A stretch of 64,000 nucleotides of DNA from Macrostomum lignano. Its lineage: Eukaryota. The position numbers and the translations under genes were made by a program. The DNA lies in assembly GCA_002269645.1 (NCBI GenBank), contig NIVC01000647.1, positions 372,001 to 436,000 of the forward strand. Direction: 5' to 3'. Each line of letters starts with the position of its first letter. Within the stretch, counting starts at the first letter, position 1. Below, piece by piece: positions 1 through 13,316 of the stretch. A model generated the notes under the pieces. It saw nothing but the letters and a program-made list of their open reading frames with translations, was not told the DNA's origin and did no database searches.

Positions 1-1199
1 ACACCGGTATAAGCAGACAGAACATTCTTTCATGTGCTTCCATCTTCATTAGTGCAGTGAAGGCAGACAGACAGGAGAGGTGCAGCGTGCTCAAAGACGG
101 CAATTCTCAATCTAAACAATCCAACTCAAACGGTCAGAGATTTGGCTTACAACCAACCAGTTAGCTGTGCTCAGTCTCAAGAAACTGAAGTCTTCAACTG
201 AATGATAAAGATGTGAGCTGTAAGCAGCACTAGCAAGTTGGCAGCCTTGAAAATCTGCATTGAAGCGGCAGCACAGCTGAAGCACCGCATGGCTGGCAAA
301 ATGCCTTGCGGAGAAGCTCAGTGCGGGAAACACCTCAATGCGAGCCTCAGCAGAAAACTGCTGTAGCTGAAACACTCAACCAACTTGATCAGCTGATTGA
401 ATATCCGCTGGCTGAGGCCCTGAGAGCTGAGCAACTGTGAATGACAAAAGCTGCTTTGGACACCTTAATTGGTCTACTACGTAAAGTCAATAGCAAAACA
501 ATCAACACATAAAGACAAACATTTAAACAAAAAATACTTAAAGTTTGCATTAGTGACCCGCTCTACGGCGAGCTACATAGCCAGCGGAGGGGGGGGGGCT
601 AGGCTAAGTACAGAGCACTCTAAACAGGCGCACAAAGGCAGGGGGTGGCTGATCACTAAAGCTGATTCGCACAAGTTGCAAGCACCTATGCAAACCAATG
701 CAATAACAACAGTGTAATTTATAAATACAGGGGAAAAGGTTGTGATTACATTTTAGCCATGCCAGTTGTGTAACAAACAAATTCCATCAGACAGAAAATA
801 CTCGTATTAACGCCTCATTACACAAAATATAAACAAGATAAATATTATTAAAAAACAAAACAAAAACAACACCCGATATAATAATCAGCATTAAAAAGTT
901 AAAATTAGTCCAGCGGTGAAGTACACTCATAGAAGCCGTGACTGACTGGTGATTGAATGTTGTCGCTATCTGGTATTTGAGAGCTGTTACTACTGTCATT
1001 AAGTGCTGTCACTAACTGGTCTTTGGAGTAGCTGCCATCTGTACTACTATAAAAGAATTAAACAAGGATCATGAATACGAAACGACAAGAGATTTTAAAC
1101 GATAGTGAGCAACTTAAAAACACTTGGCCTACAGTAAGCAACAAGACCGGTGATCCACTTCTGCAGCAACGGAACTCGAAGTTAAATATATTCTGTTCA

Positions 1200-2900
1200 G
1201 AGAGCCTTTTCTGCTGGCTGCCATGGATTTAGCTGTTTGAAGCCGTCTGCAGAAGATTTGGCGTGCAGGACGAGAAAGCCGACGGATTGACAAACAAGAA
1301 CCATATTTTAGGCCTCATGGGGAAAGCCACGTGTGACAAAAAATTACGGATCTTGGTCGATCAGAAGCCAGATAAAAATGAGAACTGAAGGATGAAACCA
1401 AAAAGATTGTAATCTTGCAGAAAAACCTGTTGTGGCGGAGCGCTACAAATTTAACGTATTGAATCAAGACGAGTACGAGCCAGCGGTAGATTTTGAGAAC
1501 CGACTGAGAGTTCAAGCCTACAGCTTTTAATTTGGATACTATCTGAAAGCTCTGAGAGTTCGGTTCGTAGCAGGACGGTGCAATGCGTCGGTTTGGTAAA
1601 GGTGGAAGCAGCTGGAAGCAGTAAATTCAACGAAGGGCAGAATGCGACATCAAAGCAGTGCTCAAGATTGAAGCCGCATGCAAACTTAAAGACCATTTGT
1701 CTGGGATGGAAGGGCAAAATTCTTTTCAAACAAAAGACCAAGAAATCACTGGGTTGACCTTAAACTGAATGGTAAAGACGTTGCAACGATGGTGGATTCT
1801 GGAGCATCGGTGACCTGCATTGCCCAAAGTCTGGCTTAATATACTATGACCACTCTGGAGAGATACATTGTCGATTGAAGCTTATAAGGGACAAGAGCTA
1901 CCAGTATGTTTTACTGCGAATGATCAATTGCATACCGAGGATAAAAGTTAAGTGTTCAGAGTTAGCAAACGCCGTTGCTAAGCTTCAGTGGCTTTTAAGC
2001 GAATCGAAGTGCAGTTAGAAGTAATAGAGAACACGAGACCAGTAGTGTTGAGGGTCCGACCACTCCCTGTTTGGCTTGTACCAGTCGCTGAGGAGAGGTT
2101 AAAAGAATTTAAAAGCAAAAAAAGTATTTAAAAAGTACTATGCAACGAACTTTTGTAGTAGTTCCGAAAACTTCGGAGGTCTTCGATGATGCTTCCGGTC
2201 GTTCTCAGAGTGTGGTGTCCATCCCTTAAGTGGCCATAAAGACTGTTATCCTGTATGATTTGCCGAATGACGGTGAAGCAAGTGAAGCAGGACATCATAT
2301 CGAGACACTTGCTGACTCCGTATTATCCAACTTAAGAACTGTACCAGAGTCGTATCGACGACTGCAGAGTAGACTGCGCTGCACGGAGAATCTACTGCTA
2401 CTGGATCATTGGATTGCATGGTGATTCCTGGGGAAGCTTTGAGCACTGGTGATGCGGATTCTGAACGATCCTCATTCGGGATTACAAGCAATCAACGCAC
2501 GGGCGCGGCATTAAATTGTATTTGCTGGTCAAATATCGAAGCTGAGATAGAGAAGTGCGTAGCGGAGAGTTCCATATGTTAACGTATGAGACCTTCTCAG
2601 AAAGCGGTGCTAAGAGCAATTGCCAATAGCAAAGGAACCATGGTGCCGAATGCATGCTGATCTGGGCTAATTAGAAGCAAACAACCTTCTAGTGATTTAA
2701 AACGAAAACACAGGACTTCTCTGTGATGAATGATCCTGTGGCATTGACAAAGCGGCTGTGGCCAGAGTTCTGGGAAGACTGTTTTAAAGTTTAAGCATCC
2801 CGGAATTACGGTACTTGTTATTGACAATGGACCTCATTCGTTGCTAGAGACAGTAGGCTGGTTAAAGTACTACTTCTTAAATAGCTGCGATACAGCACTG
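1200..2900 (+). pseudogene. Decayed Ty3/Gypsy gag-pol remnant (many stops and frameshifts)
   Basis: Hand translation gives gag-like LFEAVCRRFGVQDEK and VVAERYKFNVLNQ (~1230-1530), aspartic protease LNGKDVATMVDSGASVTCI (~1765-1825), integrase zinc-binding remnants RILNDPHSG...WSNIEAEIEKCVAESSIC (~2455-2580), KEPWCRMHADL and VIDNGP (~2630-2835). Protease precedes integrase; no clear RT block survives. Confidence 0.75.
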
Positions 2901-3651
2901 ATCTTAGGATACCTCCAATAAAGAGTGAAGAGAAGGAGCCCAACAAGAAGCTGTGACTCAACAAGTAGGGCGAGTCCAAGATCACCAAGTTCGAGATTTG
3001 ATTATGCATCGTGACCATCTCAGAGACGGAGCTCAGCGAAAGAGGGACAACCATCTCGGAGACAACGAGCGAACAAGCCATTAAAAACAAAAGTTCTGAG
3101 CGGATATACCCAGTGCAGACACATGGGACCACCGGACGGGTATTGATGCTTTGATCGGCTTCGAATACCGCCATGAGCAGGTAGCGACCGAGCAGCCAGT
3201 AACAGTGCAGAAGGTACACCTGAAGATGAACTCCCCAGAAAACTGCTACAGCTGAAACACTTAACAAACGTGAGCAAATGACTGAATGCCCGATGGCTGA
3301 GGCCCTTAGAGCTGAGCAAATTCCACAACAACTGCAGAATCTTACAATTTACAGGGCCTAAATCAATATCAAAATAATGATCGCATCAAGACAAGCATTA
3401 AAACAAACAATAAATGAAGTTTGCATGCCATCGGCGTAATTTATAAATACAAGGGAAAAAGTTTGAGACGAAATCTTAGCCACGCATTTAACAGCCTACA
3501 TCTGTATTTCAGACTGGGCAAACAAAAACTCTAAACGCTTGTTGTTAAAAAAAAGTGTAAGAAGACATGCAACAATAATTAGGATACTAGGAGTGCTGAC
3601 TACTTGGACAATATGTAGTACGATGAGTGGAAAACATCAAATACGCAGACC

Positions 3652-4509
3652 TTACACAAAAAATGCCTTTTCTCCAGCATGCAGCCTACTTGAGTGCCTA
3701 GCGAGGTGGCTGCCTCGATTAAATCTCTTGCCGCACATCTCGCACTCAAATGGCTTTTCTCCGGTGTGAGACCAGATGTGCACGTGTAGATGAGACGCCT
3801 TTGCGAAGGACTTTCCACACCACTTGCACTCGTGCGGTTTCTTCTTCCAGTGCACTGCACTAATGTGAGCTTTGAGTTCGCTTTTTCTGGAGAACTTCTT
3901 CTGGCAAGTGTCGCACTGGATCGGCCTTAGGACACCCTCAGCTCGACGGTGCCGTGTTGCAGCACTCTTTGTAGCTCGGGTCTTCTCGACTGACTCGCAG
4001 TCGTGACGCTTCGTCACTGCACGACTGCCGTCTGCACACGGCTGCATCGCTGACTCATTGCGAGACGCGACCTGCTCGACCGCCGCCGCTCTGACGCTTT
4101 TTCTGGAGAACTTCTTCTGGCAAGTGTCGCACTGGATCGGCCTTAGGACACCCTCAGCTCGACGGTGCCGTGTTGCAGCACTGTAGCTCGGGTCTTCTCG
4201 ACTGACTCGCAGTCCGCACTTGCCGTGTGCATCGCTGACACGATGCTCGACCGCACAGCTTCTGAGTTGGTCGCAGCCGCCTCCTCTGGCTCCGAGTCGC
4301 AGCCCATTCCGTGTGACCGCACATGACGCAAGTACTGCGCCACTGCCGCTCGGGTGCGGCAGAACCGCCTGGGACAAAAGGGGCAGGCGACAGAGCGACG
4401 GGGCATCTCTGAGAAACTGTGGGGCTGCGATCCGTGCTGAGATGCCGATGCTCGAATTGCTCGTCTCTGCCTGAGCTGCCATGCGGAGCGGTAGAGACTT
4501 TTGGGACAT
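3652..4509 (-). CDS. C2H2 zinc-finger protein; internal duplication with a 4-bp frameshift (possibly a pseudogene)
   Basis: Three C-terminal fingers (CDTC..HISAVH, CKWC..HIWSH, CEMC..HSSRLH) with a TGEKP linker. A fourth finger (CPFC..RHVRSH) lies in a different frame starting at ATG 4406. Confidence 0.7.
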   Translation of the reverse strand: MSQKSLPLRMAAQAETSNSSIGISARIAAPQFLRDAPSLCRLPLLSQAVLPHPSGSGAVLASCAVTRNGLRLGARGGGCDQLRSCAVEHRVSDAHGKCGLRVSREDPSYSAATRHRRAEGVLRPIQCDTCQKKFSRKSVRAAAVEQVASRNESAMQPCADGSRAVTKRHDCESVEKTRATKSAATRHRRAEGVLRPIQCDTCQKKFSRKSELKAHISAVHWKKKPHECKWCGKSFAKASHLHVHIWSHTGEKPFECEMCGKRFNRGSHLARHSSRLHAGEKAFFV

Positions 4510-7500
4510 GAAAAGTAATATTATTTACTTTAAGGATGAGGATAATTGAGCGTTCAGTAAAGAGACAAAAGAGAAGCTGTAAAGAAAATAATTAATGAGA
4601 CTAAATGATTAGAGCTAAGTTGAATAGTAAGACAGAAGGAGCAGTAAGTAGGCGCAGGGTCTAAACCAGTGTATTTATAAAACTAACTTAAGGAGGGGGG
4701 TTGAGCCTAGAATAATAAAGAGAGGGGTGGAGTTCGCGACTAAAGAGAGAGGCAAGAATGGAGAGCCAATCAGAAGGCAGCAAGGAAGAGAGAGATAAGA
4801 ATAACAAGATTGAGCTAGACAGAGAGAAAACAGAGTAAACAGAGACAAGTGAAGGTGAACTAAAGAAATGACTAGGAAAGTTGCGACAAAAGCTAAAATG
4901 TGTTCTACAGAGATATTTTAGCTAAATTTGAGGTACATTTGGGTCTACAGAGATACTTAAGATTGAGAATTTTAAGCTGGCAACTTTACCTGTTGCTTTG
5001 TAGTTTTGCAGTTATCGTTTATTTGTTTCTTAGCTTACTTAGCTTAGCCTTGCCTTTTCCACATAAGCCAAGCATTCTTTTTAGATGTACAGTATGGAAG
5101 CTCCCACTAGGCCATAGGCCAAAGTCTGCTGTGGCTAATTCAATAAAATATTATCTAGCTAAACAAAATAACTCGACCCACAGCATTACCCAAGACTTTG
5201 AGTTGCTAATGACAAGATCTCAAAAAATGAAAAGTGGAATAGATGCTTAACTGCCTCACTTCTTATTTGCTCATCAAATCCAAGAAGCAGTTATAGATTT
5301 TGTTTTGTATTGAAATCCATATACTAAAAATGGTATGTATGTTTGTGATCAATTATAGAAAAAACAGCTCAACTAAATTTTTGCCTACTTGCTAACTAAA
5401 TAAATAATATAAAATTGGTTTTTTGATTTTCTAAAAAGTGAACCCAAAGTAATGAAAAAAAAAATTAATGGGAGAAAGAGAGACTATAGCAACATTTCAT
5501 ATGACAAACTTAAGGAGGGGGGTTGAGCCTAGAACTATTTACTGAACTATTTACAGTTTTAAAAAACTCTACAGAAAAAAAGGTTTACCATGTAAATACC
5601 AATTTTAAGTCTTGAAAATGTCTGGCTGCAACATGGTACTATAATGCTTTAAGTTTAGTAAATGAATGAGGCAGCCCTTTTTGCTCTAGGGTACTTTTAT
5701 TGATGCATTCAATCCATCAAGAAACTGCAAATTTAAATGCCAAAAGGTTAAACCCCTAGTCAAAAAAGATATAGCATAGTCACTTAGAGAACTTAGTCAT
5801 TTAGAATCATAGTCAGTCCAGTTTTTTATTGTTTTTTGCACTACAAAAATGTAGGGCACTTTCTCTCTTTTCAGCTTGCATAAAAATGTATTGTGTCTGC
5901 TTTTATATTTCATTGATCTTTTTTGTTATTGTGCCAAATTTGCTATCATTTCATTGCTATCATAGGCTTGATGCTAGCAGAAAAGGTGGATGCATACAAG
6001 CTGATCTTTATTGCTGCCATGCCCAAGCTGCAAGGTCAATATGACTAAGAAACTACATCTAGAAGTCTTTTATAAGACATTCTAAAAGCTAACTGGCTCA
6101 ATGACTAATATTATATTATATTATAGAAAATTTTCATGCAAATCTAGTTAAATTTGAACCTATTTAATTAATTTTTTAAAACATAGAAACTGAAAATATA
6201 TCACAAGGTTATTAGCAAATGAGTCCATTTTTATATATTTCTTGTCAAGATTTTTATGGCAAAATAGTGGATTAAATACATAGAAAGCATATTTAGTATA
6301 GAAAAAGCACAAAAGGCAAAAAATAATGTAGGTATAGCCATATAAGTTTTATTTTGCTTTGAAAATACTCATATAAATCATTACAACCTTTAAAAAATAT
6401 TTATAATAGTGCCAAGATTGGCTCTTCATGCTTTGTTATATCATGAAGTATTATTTGGGATTGAATTAGCTACTTTTGTTATTAATCCTAAACCCCATCA
6501 TGAACATTTATTTAGGACCCTAATTTTTACTCAAACCTATATTATAGATAATTTTGGGTATCTACTGCAAGAAAACATAAAAAATATATTACTAGCATAT
6601 ATGAATGTATATGCCCAAAATATTTAGGTAAAATTGCATACTAAGAAGTAGCCTATCAAATAAAATATATTTGGTGTCTTAATTTATATATTGAAAGGCT
6701 CCCAAAAAGAAATGCTTTGGGAAATAATTTTTGCAAAAATAATATATGTAATGTATTAGAATTAGAACCATTATTATTATATTTTATATTTTTATATATA
6801 TAGTAATATTTCATATATTTATATATAATAGTGATTTTAATACTTTCTAAACTAGAAATAAATTTTCTATTAGATTGTGACAATCTATAGTTCCATAGTC
6901 AGGATGATGTACATTATGCCGGAAATTTCTAGTGTACAATTGAAAATTTTACTTTTTGGCATACAATTGGCCTAAAAAAATGAGGCAAAATATATTTGGC
7001 ATACCTTTTGGTGTGACGCTGTGGCGTAAATACGCCAAGCAGCATACGCCAACTCCAACCTTCACGCTAAAGTTAATATTAACAATTGTTGGCATAACGC
7101 TGTAACCTTAGAATCTTATTATAAAATCATAAAAACCGTAAAACTCGTAAGATGAAAGTTCATAACTATTTGTGATTTATAAAAATTTAAAATTCCACAC
7201 AAACTAATTGTGTTAATTTTCTAAAAAAACTTCTAAAAAAAGAAAAATTGATTTTTGTTGGCATTATCTGTAAGCCAATTTACTTTAAAGGAAAACCGCA
7301 CATTTGTTAAATTTTTATTGTTAAAAAATGTGTAACATGCAAAAAAGGTCATTTATTGTTGTAAAGCCTAGAAAACCTGGCGTAAGTTCCTAGGACCTAG
7401 GCGTATGTTTCAGTATGAAGTGGCATAGATTTTTTTAGGGGACTTTTTATTCCAGCATATACCATGACATGATCTTGACTATGGCTATAGTCTTGAATAT

Positions 7501-7831
7501 ACAATATACAAATGAATGTTTTTTGGCCTATATGCTATATACTAGAATCAAATAGATTTTTTCCTCATTTGATATCTTTTTAAATACAATGAGAAATTCT
7601 AATTATTATTAAATACAGCCAATAGACCAATGGAGATTGTGACTATCAGAGTATCAGTGAATATAGCCTATAAATCAATGGAGATATGGTTGTCAATGAT
7701 TGGTTATAAATTGGTTGTTGCTACAGTTGTCAAGAGGTTATGGTTTAAAGTTATAAGATAAAAGTTATTGAAAAGGCAATAGTTATATTTTCAGCCTAAT
7801 GGTGATATCTTTAATAGGATTCACCTTTAGC

Positions 7832-8195
7832 CTGGGTTTTTTTTCGCCAGAGACAAGGTGCGAAATCACACCTTGTGCCAAATTTCAAGGTACAATTTTA
7901 AGGCTCAGAGTGCAATTTCTCTTGAGTCTTGTTTCAGACAACTGGGAATGTATATTTTAATATCTTACATAAGGCTATAGCCATAGGCTATATCGCCTAT
8001 ATGACTTAATAGGATTTAAAGAGTTATTTTGTTTCATATTTTAAGGCAATGCATGAAAAATAGCTTAAGCATGGTTAAGCCTTTCAAGAAAAATGGTTGT
8101 AAGACTGCACCTAAACTGCACTTACTTTTTTAATTTCAGGGTGCGATTTTAAAATTTAGGGTGCATACGCACACTCTGCACACAAAAAAACCCTG
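7832..8195. mobile_element. Non-autonomous hAT-type MITE (364 bp)
   Basis: Termini CTGGGTTTTTTTT / AAAAAAACCCTG (CAGGG-type TIR, one mismatch). 8-bp target duplication CCTTTAGC (7824-7831) / ACTTTAGC (8196-8203); 8-bp TSDs are typical of hAT. Confidence 0.7.
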
Positions 8196-9780
8196 ACTTT
8201 AGCATTAAATTGTATTATAAGCTTTGCTAGTTTATATTTACTTGTGCCTTTAAACATGCAACTTTAAGTAATTTACCACTATATTCAAAACTCTGGATTA
8301 CAAACTTTGTATATGCTCTAACTTCAAAGTGCATTCCATGTGCAACAAATTAATATTGCTGTTATTTTTTTCTATATAAAGAAATTAGTCAATAGTTTTT
8401 TTTGGCTACAACCTATATTCCAACTAGTCTTTAAAACTATACAACTATATGTAAGCTATGTATCTACAAAGTTTATAAGAAAGTTTACAAGAAAGACATG
8501 TACAAAAATGATACTAAAGGGTGGCATAAGAAGCTAAATGCCATAAGCATAGTAGCCACTTTGAATTAAACTTGCTAGTATAGGGTCTTACTATTGCATG
8601 AAAAGGCCTAGATAGTTACAATTGAATTTTAGCTTATTGCTAAAGGTGCCTAGCAAAGATGACAAAGACCAAATTATTATAGAATAGAACAGCAATACCA
8701 ATACTTCTAGGGAAAATATATTTAAGAATAGAATACCAAAGGGTTATTAGATATATATAACCTATTGATATTGATAATTGATGTATCAATATTGATATTG
8801 ATATACACTGATACCAAACAAATTCAATATAAGGTCTTATGAATATGACTCTTATGTACCAAAAAACAAAGGAAAGGAGATTGTAATGAAATTTAGACTA
8901 GGCTTATATAAGAGAGTTGAGACCAATAGAAGTCTAATATTCAAATATAATGAAAATAATAGGCCTAGATCTAAAAATTTTATAGGGCCTAAGCAATCAT
9001 ATATATTATGTGCATACATTAGCATGCCATGACATACACACTGCATAGCAATTGCATAGTGCATGCTAATGCTGACAAATACAGATTTGCTGACAGATAC
9101 AGATCTGACAAATATAGGCTAGGCCTATATATACTAAATATTTATAAACATAGGGCCTAGCTAGAGTAAATATACACATTAGGCTATGGGGATAGGCAAT
9201 AGCATATACTACCTGGTCTGTTCCTGTTTTTAAAACTAAAAAGTTAAAAGTTATAAATATAACTTATAAACCTACTTCGCCAAATGAATCTGTTTGTAAA
9301 AGTAAAATCAACAATATGATATTCAAAGTCATTCTATCGTTGGCTTTTTCACTAGCTGCTCGCTCAGAATCAGAACACCGAACACCGTGAACATGTTGAT
9401 GTTAGCCCTGCCCAGCCAGCTCACCCTATAGACTACTGCTTAGACGGGAGCGGAGCGTAACACAACGGCCGTTCACACGGAAGCGTAGCGAACTTTGTGC
9501 TACGCTGTCAGACGGTCTAATATGTACGCTTAGCACGTTATTAATTTTAAATGAACGCATTGTAATTCACGTTATAACAAAAAGAAATAAAGTTTACTGA
9601 CAAAGTAGTAGTAGTAGAAGTAGTTAGTTTGGCTCAGGCAAGAAGCCTGTTTGGCTTTCTCAGTAGTTTGACTGTCTGTAAGTAGTTTGCTCATTTAAAT
9701 TGCATAAAAAATTTGAAATAAAACAATGCATTTCTACATAATACGACGTTAGACTTAGAGTACGCTTCTTGGTATCATGG

Positions 9781-10491
9781 ATATATCAAGGACGACTTAA
9801 GTAGAAGGACTGGAAACCTCGTTTCTTAGAAAAGTTTTGAAGGCACTTTTTCCCGTAAAAATACACTACGGAGATAGGAAGTTTTCATTTTTTCAGCACA
9901 AAAATTGTTATTGCGTTTGATAGGAGGCAGATCCAGTGTTCATCTTTTGATATGTTGTGCCTTTTTTATTGTTCTATCGATATTTATAAAGCTTTTTGTT
10001 CAGAAAATAGGATTCTATGTCAATTTTTTATTCTACGTATATTTCCTGTATCAAAAAATCACAAAAATGCATGACACAGCTCCAATATTTGGTTTTATGA
10101 GCCTATTTTATCATCTCTGTTACAAATATTTGCTACACAGTCGGGTAAGAATGATAAAAAAGACTCATGAAGCTAAAGAGCCGAGCCGTGGCATTCTAAT
10201 GTATTTCAAGCACAAGACACGCGAAAATATACGTAGAATAAAAAATTAACATAGAATCCTAATTTTCTGAACGAAAAGCTTTATAAATATCGATAGAGCA
10301 ATAAAAAAGGCACAACATATCAAAAGATGAACACTGGATCTGCCTCCTATCAAACGCAATAACAATTTTTGTGCTGAAAAAATGAAAACTTCCTATCTCC
10401 GTAGTGTATTTTTACGGGAAAAAGTGCCTTTAAAACTTTTCTAAGAAACGAGGTTTCCCGTCCTTCTACTTAAGTCGTCCTTGGGATATAT
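9781..10491. mobile_element. Foldback/MITE-like palindrome with ~260-bp inverted arms
   Basis: 9787-10045 is the near-perfect reverse complement of 10223-10483 around a ~177-bp spacer, flanked by (AT)n on both sides. Confidence 0.85.
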
Positions 10492-11792
10492 ATTAAAATA
10501 TCATGAATTCATGAATATAGTATTGCCCATGATATGATCCTGTTTAGCGAAGCTAGAGACTTCTAAGTTCAAACAGCAAACCTATCCAGAATGCTTTATG
10601 ATTTTCAGCTCAGGGAAGAATCGTCACAGTTAATTACTTCATCGTAGAGAAATTTCGGACTTGGCTAAACTATTGACGCTTTTGATTGGCACCGCTGTAT
10701 ATACAGCCTGAACCAAATCGTTATTGCCGTTTAAAACAGTGTCATTAATGGGTTTCAGCCCATTTTAGCAAAAGACCACTTCGGCGAACGATATATAATT
10801 TATTAACTTTGAATTCGAATGTTAGAGGTGCTTAACATGTGCTCAAAATTACTACAGCGTTAATTGTTTTGTTGTACTTTCTTCGGCACAGAATAACAGT
10901 GCGTTCTCAGACCCAGTTCTCAGTTCTCAGACCCCTCAGTTCCATTCATATTGTTTCTTTTTTCCAGAATCATGGTTTGTAAGATTCTATAGGACATAAT
11001 TACTTTAGATATTGATTTTTGTATCATTTGTTCACTTGACTTAGACGCGAGTATACTCATACCCGTAGTTTAAGAATATTAGGAATGCTGTACAGCGAAA
11101 ATTTGTACATACATGTACGCAAACTTTCAGTATTTACTTAACATACTGGACATGTACAAGCAGCTGTACGTATTTCACGACCATTTTATTATATTCGTAG
11201 AGGTATAAAACGGACTTAGAATTTTTTTCTAAACGAAAAGCTTTATGAATATCTAATAAAACATAGTCGCAAAATGCCGTTAGCGGTGGCGAAGGAGCAG
11301 ATTGACTGGCGGTCAGGTCAGTGTTGCGCAAGCCGTAGAATGCTGCTTCCATCCCGTGATGAGACAGAAAGGGGAGCGCCATAAGTTTCCGGCTGGTGAA
11401 CAAGGTCACTTGCAGAGACGATAGCAGCCAAGCAATCCGGCTGCGTCTGAATAATCTATTCAACAAGCGGTCATTACAAGTGTACTTTAAGTCTGTGCAG
11501 TGCTCATCATCAATTTTAGCCGACACCCGAAGCTATTGCAGCTGTTCAGGCAATGGACAGAAATTGACTCACTCTGTGCAGTCACTGGCTTGTAGTTTTC
11601 TGCAATCAAAGTTGGTGAGAGTCGAGTGATGTAAATAAGCATTAGTAACGAATGCATTTTTCCTACTCCGAGGTGACTGCATGCGCACGATTTGTTGCAA
11701 AACTCACCGATCCGATAGACGGTGTGTGTCGCCCTCTTGATCGCTGGGCGTTGATGTCAGGTCAGGATGGAGTTTATTAAGAAACTCCATCC

Positions 11793-11871
11793 GATGGCGC
11801 CAACGATATCCAAAGTGGTGGCGCCATCGATATCCAAAGTGGCGCCAACGATATCCAAAGTGGCGCCATCG
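11793..11871. repeat. 21-bp tandem repeat, ~3.5 copies
   Basis: Unit GTGGCGCCAACGATATCCAAA. Confidence 0.85.
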
Positions 11872-12186
11872 GGCCTTCCAGCACTCCGGAATCGCCGAGT
11901 GCAGTTAAGCAGAGTTGACCAAGGTTAGTACCACTAAGTTCCTTAAATCACAAAATTGCTAAATTTAGTTTTAGCCTCTGGGAGTTTTCTCGCCAGATGG
12001 AAATGTCTAAAACGCCATGTTAAGGCCAACGAAGTAACAGCCAGAACTTGCAGACAGCCATGCGTTGCTGAGAGAGGTTCGTGCAAGTCTTGACAATGAA
12101 TATCGAAGTGGGTTGAAAATGAACCGACTGAACTGGCTCTGCTGAGCACGCTGCAGTTCTACTAATAAAAATGTAATTTTTATTCC

Positions 12187-13050
12187 TCAAATCCCACAGC
12201 CTTGAATCGCACACCCTTAACTCCCACACCCTCAAATCCCACACCCAATCCCACACCCTTAAATCTCTCACATCTTCAAATCCCACATCCTTAAATCCCA
12301 ACCCATTAAATCCCACACCTTAACTCTGACATCCTCAAATCCCACACCCTTAAATCCCACGCCCTTAACTCTTAAATCCTCAAATCCCACACCCTCAAAT
12401 CCCACACCATTAAATCCCACGCCCTTAACTCTTAAATCCTAAAATCCCACACCCTTAAATCCCACACTTTAACTCTCACATCTTCAAATCCCACACCCTT
12501 AAATCCCAACCCATTAAATCCCACACCTTAACTCTGACATCCTCAAATCCCACACCCTTAAATCCCACGCCCTTAACTCTTAAATCCTCAAATCCCACAC
12601 CCTCAAATCCCACACCCTTAAATCCCACGCCCTTAACTCTTAAATCCTCAAATCCCACACCCTTAAATCCCACACCCTTAAATCCCACACCCTTAAATCT
12701 CACACCTTAACTCTCACATCCTCAAATCCCACACCCTCAAATCCCACACCATTAAATCCCACGCCCTTAACTCTTAAATCCTAAAATCCCACACCCTTAA
12801 ATCCCACACCTTAACTCTCACATCCTCAAATCCCACACCCTGAAATCTCACGCACTTAAATCCCACACCTTAAGCCTCACATCCTCAAATTCCACACCCT
12901 CAAATCCCACACTCTTAAATCCCATACCCCTAAATCTCACATCCTCAAATCCCACATCCTTAACTCCCATATCCTCAAATGCCACATCCTTAAATCCCAC
13001 ACCCTGAACTCCCTGATCCTTAAATCCCAGATGCTTGAATCCACAATCAA
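12187..13050. repeat. 15-bp-family minisatellite downstream of CPSF2
   Basis: Unit AAATCCCACACCCTT and variants. Confidence 0.9.
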
Positions 13051-13316
13051 AGTTTAAGACTCAATACGAGTCTTAAATTCTTCGGACCTGCCAGAATAAT
13101 CAAATCAAATAAATTAGTGGAGTTACAAATGAACCATATCGATAGGGGATTGCGCTGTCATTTGCGAGCCGCCCTCCAGTCGAACAGGCGATAATAAAAA
13201 ATGCAGAGTTAATAAATAATTACCAGTCGAGTTTATTTCATAATTGCTGCTCAGGCAATTAATAGTAAAACAACAGTGCCTAATTATTACGTAACAAATG
13301 TCATTCCAGCTGAGCA

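Noticed and set aside
4685-5534. ~28-bp direct repeat AACTTAAGGAGGGGGGTTGAGCCTAGAA at ~4685 and ~5507
   Set aside because: Real but isolated; no element ends, TSD or ORF to interpret it.
6905-7465. Possible old MITE (TATGCCGGAA ... TTCCAGCATA)
   Set aside because: The terminal match is too short and no TSD was found.
4900-9100. Short ORFs in the AT-rich stretch
   Set aside because: No motifs, AT-biased composition, no consistent splice structure.
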